From an uncultured delta proteobacterium (GTDB lineage: Bacteria > Desulfobacterota > Desulfobacteria > Desulfobacterales > QNYZ01), in contig CAWJQU010000002.1 of assembly GCA_963845145.1 (NCBI GenBank), forward strand, positions 1 to 64,000: 64,000 nt of DNA. The letters run 5' to 3'. Below, piece by piece: positions 58,707 through 64,000 of the stretch. The notes under the pieces are model-generated. The model had not been told where the DNA came from, searched no databases, and worked only from the letters and a program-made list of their open reading frames with translations. Positions within the stretch are counted from its first letter, which is position 1, and the number at the start of each line of letters is the position of its first letter. A program made the translations under genes and the position numbers.

Positions 58707-61628
58707 TCACATTTTCATTCGTTGGCCGGAAACATCGTAAAAAGGCATGTCCGTCACTGTGGCGGTCATTAAGAGGCCGTTGCAATCGTCTTCATAGATC
58801 TTAAGTTGCATATCGATCCCGGCCAGTTCGTCATCCACGAGAGCCATTCCCACCGACTCGTTCAAAGTGTGGCTGAATCGGGCCGTACAGATATATCCGC
58901 GGATTTTCGAATCCACAATGATCGACCCATCCTTGGGCGTCATGCCGGTTGGCTCCGTCATTTTGATGCCTACCAATTTCAGGCGGCCACTCTGTTTTTC
59001 GGTATGATCCAGGGCCAAGGCGCCGACCGTTTTAGCTTCGGGTTTGCGATCCCATAAAAATCCCAACCCGACATCATGCAGGGTTGTGCGCTGCTCGGAT
59101 TCCGAGCCGATGATCAAATGTCCCTTTTCCAACCGCAGGGTGCTTTGTGCCTCCAACCCGAAAGGTTGAATTCCCAAGGCTTGTCCGGCTTCTTCCAATA
59201 TGTCCCACAAGGCCTGGGTGTACGAGGCGGCTACATGAAATTCGTAGGAAAGCTCGCCCACGAACCCCAGCCGCATGGCCCGGACGGGAATCTGTCCGGC
59301 AATAGTGAATTCACGATAACCGGCAAAGGGAAATTCTGGGTTCGATACATCGATGTCGGCCACTTTTTCGAGTACTTTGCGGGCATTGGGGCCTGCCAGG
59401 TTGATAACACCGAAAGCATCGGTTAAATTGACCAGATGAAAATCCCAGCCGTCGAAGCGAGTGTGATAACGGATCCACTCGACCGTTTGTCCGGCACGCC
59501 CGGTTGAGGTCGTAAAGTAGTAATCGTCGTCTTGTCGCTTGACCACAACACCATCGTCGATAATACAACCATCTTCATTGCACATGGCCGAATATTTGAT
59601 TTTCCCCTCGGTGATCTTGGCCATATCGCTGACGTAAACTCGTTGCAGGGCTTTTAATGCATCCGGGCCGTGAATACGAAACTTGCCCAAGGTGGATGCG
59701 TCGAGCATGCCGACATTGGTGCGCACGTTTTCAATTTCACGTTGGGCCTGTTTATCATCGCCAAACCGTCGGGCCCGGTTCCAGACACCGATCCGTTCCA
59801 TCGTACCCCCGGCCGCCACCTGGGAATCGTTTAGGGCGGTGCGTTTGCTCATATCGTGCTGAGTGCCGGCATACGTGGCCATCAGGGTCGGTATCAGCGG
59901 CGCCCGCACGGTAGTCGGTCGTGGTGTTTTATCCGGTGATTGCTGGGTTTGGGCCACATAGAGGGGAAGGTTGTGGCCGGGAATCCCACCCTGCCCCGGT
60001 CCGGTACCGGCTGAAGTAAACCGCTTGATCAGTTCGGGCACGTCAAACCCCTGTGCCATGGCCTGATCGACATTTTTTAAGGTCGTGTCTTCGTCAAAAC
60101 AGATAAAGGTATGGTTCCCTTTGACCGGGGCGGAAACCACTTTCGATCCACACACCGGCCCGGGGAGGGCCTGCAATTCCAATTCGGTCGCGCTTATTTT
60201 CGCATTGACATCACAGCCACAATCCGCCGCCGCTTTCAACCCGGCCACGTGACCTGATGTTTCAATCTCAAGCGGATCCAACAGACCCAACATTCGCCCG
60301 GCGGCATGGACTGAATCGGGCAGGTGGTGAGGCAGAAAAAATCCGGTGTGATGATCGAAACGCAAGCGTGCCTGACGCATACTCAAAACACCGGTGAGAG
60401 GCGTCTGCCCCGCGGAGGCCACAAGTAAATCGCAATCGATCTGTTTTTTCTGAATCCCCGTAACAGGCCCCAGCGTCACCTTTTTTAGTGCTTTTCCCCC
60501 CTCAGCTTTGGTCGTCATCCAGCCTCGGTAAAAAGGAATTTTTTTATAATCCAAAGCGGCGGTCAAGGTTTCATTTTGTCCGTCCTGGCGCACATCGGCG
60601 ACACAGGCAATGTCCAGCCCCAGATCGGCAAGATCCAACGCCGCTTCCAGACCCAGGTCATCACCCACAGAGAAAACCGCTCGGGAGCCGGGCATAAGCC
60701 CCCAAGTGCGTGCCAGACGATGGGCACATCCCGCCTGCATCACACCCGGTCGCTCATTGTTTTCAAACAACAACGGCCTTTCAATACATCCGGTGGCCAC
60801 CACCAGGCTGCGGGCCCGAATTTCGATATATCGCTCGTCAAACGAGTCGGTTTCGCCCCCGCGCTGAAATGCGGTTACCAAATTGTCGTTGTAGCCGCCC
60901 ACCACGGCGGTATTGGTAAACAGACGAATGGTGGATGACGTCTTAATGGTCTCGGCCAACTCACGCGCACGCCGGTACAATGGCGTCTCATCACGATAAA
61001 TCGTTGACCGATAATCGAAAAATCCGCCCAACCAAGGACGATTCTCCAATAAAATTACCCGCAAGCCCTGATCCGCAGCCACCAGGGCGGCGGTCATACC
61101 GGCTGGCCCACCGCCGATCACACAGACATCGGCTACGGCATATAACTCGTCGAATTGCCCCTGTATTCTAAAATCCGGATCCATCACCCCCAGGCCCGCT
61201 GCCTTACGAATATTTTTAATCGCCACCGGCCACATTTTCGCCGGTTTGTGCAGGGTGCGGTAATAAAACCCGGCCGGCATGGCAACGCTCAGTTTATCCA
61301 TAAAGGCCATGGGGTCGATGTCCGCGGTTTTACCGGCGACATTCTGGGCGCTGACTTCCATCCCATTTTGAGCGAATGTATTTTCCGTGCGGACATTGGG
61401 CATACCGTTTACCCGCATCATCGTATTGCTGCATTCACCATCCAGGCTGTAAAGTCCCCGCGGCCGATGATATTTTAGGCTTCTTGAGAAGACCCTCACC
61501 CCGTTGGCATAAAGCAACGTGGCGATCGTATCTCCGGCAACACCCTCATAGGATTTTTTGCCATATTTAAGGGATACTTTTTGGGATGGTTGAATATGAA
61601 ATGTTTCCAGTGGTTTGATTCGGGTCAT
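58707..61628 (-). CDS. soxA: Sarcosine oxidase alpha-subunit-like protein
   Basis: GDTIATLL.ANG, RSLKYHRPRG, PAGFYY, GGGPAGM, GTGPGQG, DASTLGK, GFVGELSYE, LRLEKGH, PFYD. Confidence 0.92.
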   Translation of the reverse strand: MTRIKPLETFHIQPSQKVSLKYGKKSYEGVAGDTIATLLYANGVRVFSRSLKYHRPRGLYSLDGECSNTMMRVNGMPNVRTENTFAQNGMEVSAQNVAGKTADIDPMAFMDKLSVAMPAGFYYRTLHKPAKMWPVAIKNIRKAAGLGVMDPDFRIQGQFDELYAVADVCVIGGGPAGMTAALVAADQGLRVILLENRPWLGGFFDYRSTIYRDETPLYRRARELAETIKTSSTIRLFTNTAVVGGYNDNLVTAFQRGGETDSFDERYIEIRARSLVVATGCIERPLLFENNERPGVMQAGCAHRLARTWGLMPGSRAVFSVGDDLGLEAALDLADLGLDIACVADVRQDGQNETLTAALDYKKIPFYRGWMTTKAEGGKALKKVTLGPVTGIQKKQIDCDLLVASAGQTPLTGVLSMRQARLRFDHHTGFFLPHHLPDSVHAAGRMLGLLDPLEIETSGHVAGLKAAADCGCDVNAKISATELELQALPGPVCGSKVVSAPVKGNHTFICFDEDTTLKNVDQAMAQGFDVPELIKRFTSAGTGPGQGGIPGHNLPLYVAQTQQSPDKTPRPTTVRAPLIPTLMATYAGTQHDMSKRTALNDSQVAAGGTMERIGVWNRARRFGDDKQAQREIENVRTNVGMLDASTLGKFRIHGPDALKALQRVYVSDMAKITEGKIKYSAMCNEDGCIIDDGVVVKRQDDDYYFTTSTGRAGQTVEWIRYHTRFDGWDFHLVNLTDAFGVINLAGPNARKVLEKVADIDVSNPEFPFAGYREFTIAGQIPVRAMRLGFVGELSYEFHVAASYTQALWDILEEAGQALGIQPFGLEAQSTLRLEKGHLIIGSESEQRTTLHDVGLGFLWDRKPEAKTVGALALDHTEKQSGRLKLVGIKMTEPTGMTPKDGSIIVDSKIRGYICTARFSHTLNESVGMALVDDELAGIDMQLKIYEDDCNGLLMTATVTDMPFYDVSGQRMKM

Positions 61629-61915
61629 TACTCATTCTCCGATGGCCGGTTGGATTCAGGCACACCACTTCCAGCAGGCACTTCCTGATTAGTCATTGTA
61701 TTTCGCGAAGTGGTAAACCAGACACCACACCCGCTTCGGTGCACCCACCACTCTTCGGACACACCGGCGATGCAGCGATTCATATGAACAAAATCACACC
61801 AATCTTCGACGGACAGGTTGTTTTCATCCGGCCGGGGCCCCTTGTTCTCACCGCCAAAACCAAATTCGTAGGCGTTGCGAGGCCCGCAGTTCGGACAGGT
61901 GATGGTAAATGACAT
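61628..61915 (-). CDS. soxD: Sarcosine oxidase delta-subunit-like protein
   Basis: CPNCGPRNAYEF..GG, EWWVHRSGCGVWF...RNT.T; GGAG RBS. Confidence 0.9.
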   Translation of the reverse strand: MSFTITCPNCGPRNAYEFGFGGENKGPRPDENNLSVEDWCDFVHMNRCIAGVSEEWWVHRSGCGVWFTTSRNTMTNQEVPAGSGVPESNRPSENE

Positions 61916-61929
61916 GATCTTCTCCGTTT

Positions 61930-62074
61930 TCGGTTTGCCGGTTTGCCGGTTCAAGGTAAGGTGATTCTCTACCAAATCAGCCGATATTATAAAAAAGACC
62001 GTACCTTTTTAGTGATTTAAAGCATTTAATATTTAAAACCGGTTAACCGGCTAACGAACAAACCGGCAAACCGA
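61930..62074. repeat. 16-bp perfect inverted repeat bracketing the soxB-soxD spacer
   Basis: TCGGTTTGCCGGTTTG (61930-61945) and CAAACCGGCAAACCGA (62059-62074), built from 8-bp AAACCGGC units. Confidence 0.8.
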
Positions 62075-62077
62075 TTT

Positions 62078-63307
62078 TCAGTTATCCGCACTATATTGAA
62101 CAAGCGCGGCCGTTTCACCCATCAGGCGATGCTGTTCATATCGCCTTAGTGAAAAGGGCTTGAGTATCCGCGGACACTCGCCTGTTGCCAAGTACTGGGC
62201 CATGTATTTTCCTGCAGCCGTACACGACTTAAATCCGAAATAACCCCAACCGCAATCCATATAATACCCTTCAATGGGGTCGTTGCCATCCATTATCGGT
62301 GCCATGTCCGGAGTCATATCGGCTAACCCGGCCCAGTGGCGCATGAACTTCACGCCTTTCAGGCAGGGCAGCATCTCCGTCATGGCCTCCGCCTGGTGTT
62401 TGATATAATGTGCGGTGGTCTGGGTAGTATAATTCGGCCAGGGATCCATGTGCGCCCCGGTAGCGATCTCGCCCTTCAAGGTCTGATTGGCGTAAGCGTG
62501 GTATCCGCCGGATGATACCACATGGTGCAAAAGCGGCTTTAACGGCTGGGTGACCATGGCCTGAATGGTCAGAACACTGATGGGTAATTTGATGCCGAGC
62601 AGACGGTAGGAGATATCCGCCGAATACCCCCCGGCGGCATTTAATACCCGATGGGTTTGAATTTTTCCCTGGGTAGTGTCCACGGCGACAACCCGGCCGT
62701 TTTGGACATCGATGCCGGTGGCTTCCGTTCCCTGAAATATATGCACGCCATGTTTAATGGCCCCTTTGGCCAACCCCCAAACCACGGCGTCATGGCGTAA
62801 AATCCCCCCGGCCGGATGAAACATTCCGCCAACAATCGGATAGCGCGGTCGATTGGAAATATCCAGCGCGGGCACCAGCTCTTTGCACTCCTTTTGATCC
62901 ACAAGGCGAATATCAATCCCATGAAATTGGGCCGAAGCCACGTTCATGCGCATGGCCTTAACGGCCGCTTCGCTGTGGGCCAGATTCAGATTGCCGCAAT
63001 TATAAAACATCAGATTGAAATCAAGCTCCCGGGTTAAAATCGGCCAGAGTTCCAAGGCCTCCTTGTAAAGGGGCAGGTTTTCCTGGGTACGCTGATTGGC
63101 CCGGACAATAGCGGTATTGCGACCAGCACCACCAAACCCGATATAACGTTTTTCAATCACTGCAATATCTTGCATGCCATGATAGCGTGATAGAAAATAA
63201 GCGGTCGCCAACCCATGCAATCCGCCACCGATAATAACGGCATCATAGGCGGTTTTCATCTCAGAAGGTTTTCCCAGCAGGCGTTTTTGTTTCAATTTCA
63301 TCGGCAT
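62078..63307 (-). CDS. soxB: Sarcosine oxidase beta-subunit-like protein
   Basis: GGGLHGLATAYFL, GRNTAIVRAN, RHDAVVWG, QAMVTQPLKP, DMTPDMAPI, GWGYFGFK. Confidence 0.93.
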   Translation of the reverse strand: MPMKLKQKRLLGKPSEMKTAYDAVIIGGGLHGLATAYFLSRYHGMQDIAVIEKRYIGFGGAGRNTAIVRANQRTQENLPLYKEALELWPILTRELDFNLMFYNCGNLNLAHSEAAVKAMRMNVASAQFHGIDIRLVDQKECKELVPALDISNRPRYPIVGGMFHPAGGILRHDAVVWGLAKGAIKHGVHIFQGTEATGIDVQNGRVVAVDTTQGKIQTHRVLNAAGGYSADISYRLLGIKLPISVLTIQAMVTQPLKPLLHHVVSSGGYHAYANQTLKGEIATGAHMDPWPNYTTQTTAHYIKHQAEAMTEMLPCLKGVKFMRHWAGLADMTPDMAPIMDGNDPIEGYYMDCGWGYFGFKSCTAAGKYMAQYLATGECPRILKPFSLRRYEQHRLMGETAALVQYSADN

Positions 63308-63656
63308 TTCGCTTTTTAGGTCGTTGATTTACGTCCTTGTTTCAATAGTGATTCACAAGGATCGGTTAGAAAGCTCTTAAGAGCTCATGTCAAATGAAAC
63401 GATTTATGTCAAGAAATATTTTTTTTTATAATTTACCAGTCGTCATCAGACTGATGTTCCTCCGCTCAATGTGGTTGCCATATATTTAATATTTTGTTAA
63501 TAGCCTTATTTAATTTAATTTTTAAAAATACGACGGAATCCCAAATTCGAATAAAAACAAAGAATATCATCGGCTACATTGATGATCATAAATGAAACAG
63601 ATAATATCATTTATCTTTTTCAACCATATTAAATTCAGGTTGAGGAGCACCCCGCC

Positions 63657-64000
63657 ATGCAGTCGATTATGAGAACAATCGAAGAAAAACGAACATTTTT
63701 AACCCCCAAAGGGCGGCGGCTGGCCGATTATGTCGCATCCAATCCGGGTAAAGTCGTGTTTATGACCACACGTGAGCTTTCCGAAGGTTGTCGGGTCAGC
63801 GAGGCCACTGTGGTACGGTTTGTCGGACAGCTCGGTTACAACCGATACAGCGATTTTATCCAGGGGTTAAGGGATTTTTTGGATACGGAACTGAACCTGA
63901 TTGACCGGTTGGACCTGACCGCTGACAAGGGACCCGGGGCCAAACGCTTTCATCGGCTTGTTTTCGAGGAGATTGATAATTTAAAACAATTGCTTGAAAA
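63657..64000 (+). CDS. RpiR/MurR-family regulator, truncated by window end
   Basis: Own translation: MQSIMRTIEEKRTFLTPKGRRLADYVASNP...TTRELSEGCRVSEATVVRFVGQLGY; GAGGAG RBS. Confidence 0.88.
   Translation, partial: MQSIMRTIEEKRTFLTPKGRRLADYVASNPGKVVFMTTRELSEGCRVSEATVVRFVGQLGYNRYSDFIQGLRDFLDTELNLIDRLDLTADKGPGAKRFHRLVFEEIDNLKQLLE

Overview
Bacterial chromosomal window whose gene content suggests an anaerobic Desulfobacterota (Desulfobacterales-like) organism; this is inferred from the genes, not from a marker. Left to right: tRNA-Arg(UCG) and tRNA-His; selB; DUF2333; an icd-acnA-(oxoacid oxidoreductase gamma)-hemW-mscS run; mltG; an ADP-ribosylglycohydrolase-like gene; a GldAFG-like ABC system; a ~15 kb signalling block (TonB receptor-YfiR-hybrid kinase, and sigma54-driven TolC-2xSBP-kinase-RR-RR/kinase); a probable OsmC-like selenoprotein (in-frame TGA plus SECIS-like hairpin); an M1 peptidase-ChaN-PDZ fusion; GntR plus a GcvT-family flavoprotein; an ArsR/ArsP operon; a sigma54-controlled orphan biosynthetic cluster (small charged peptide, AdoMetDC-like, GNAT, ATP-grasp ligase, fold-III PLP decarboxylase); and a soxBDAG-soxB2-etfBA operon with a divergent RpiR regulator. 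Many full-length genes carry single-base frameshifts, probably sequencing/assembly indels. Best novelty candidates: the 48.7-54.8 kb cluster, the OsmC selenoprotein, and the outer-membrane-to-kinase signalling modules.
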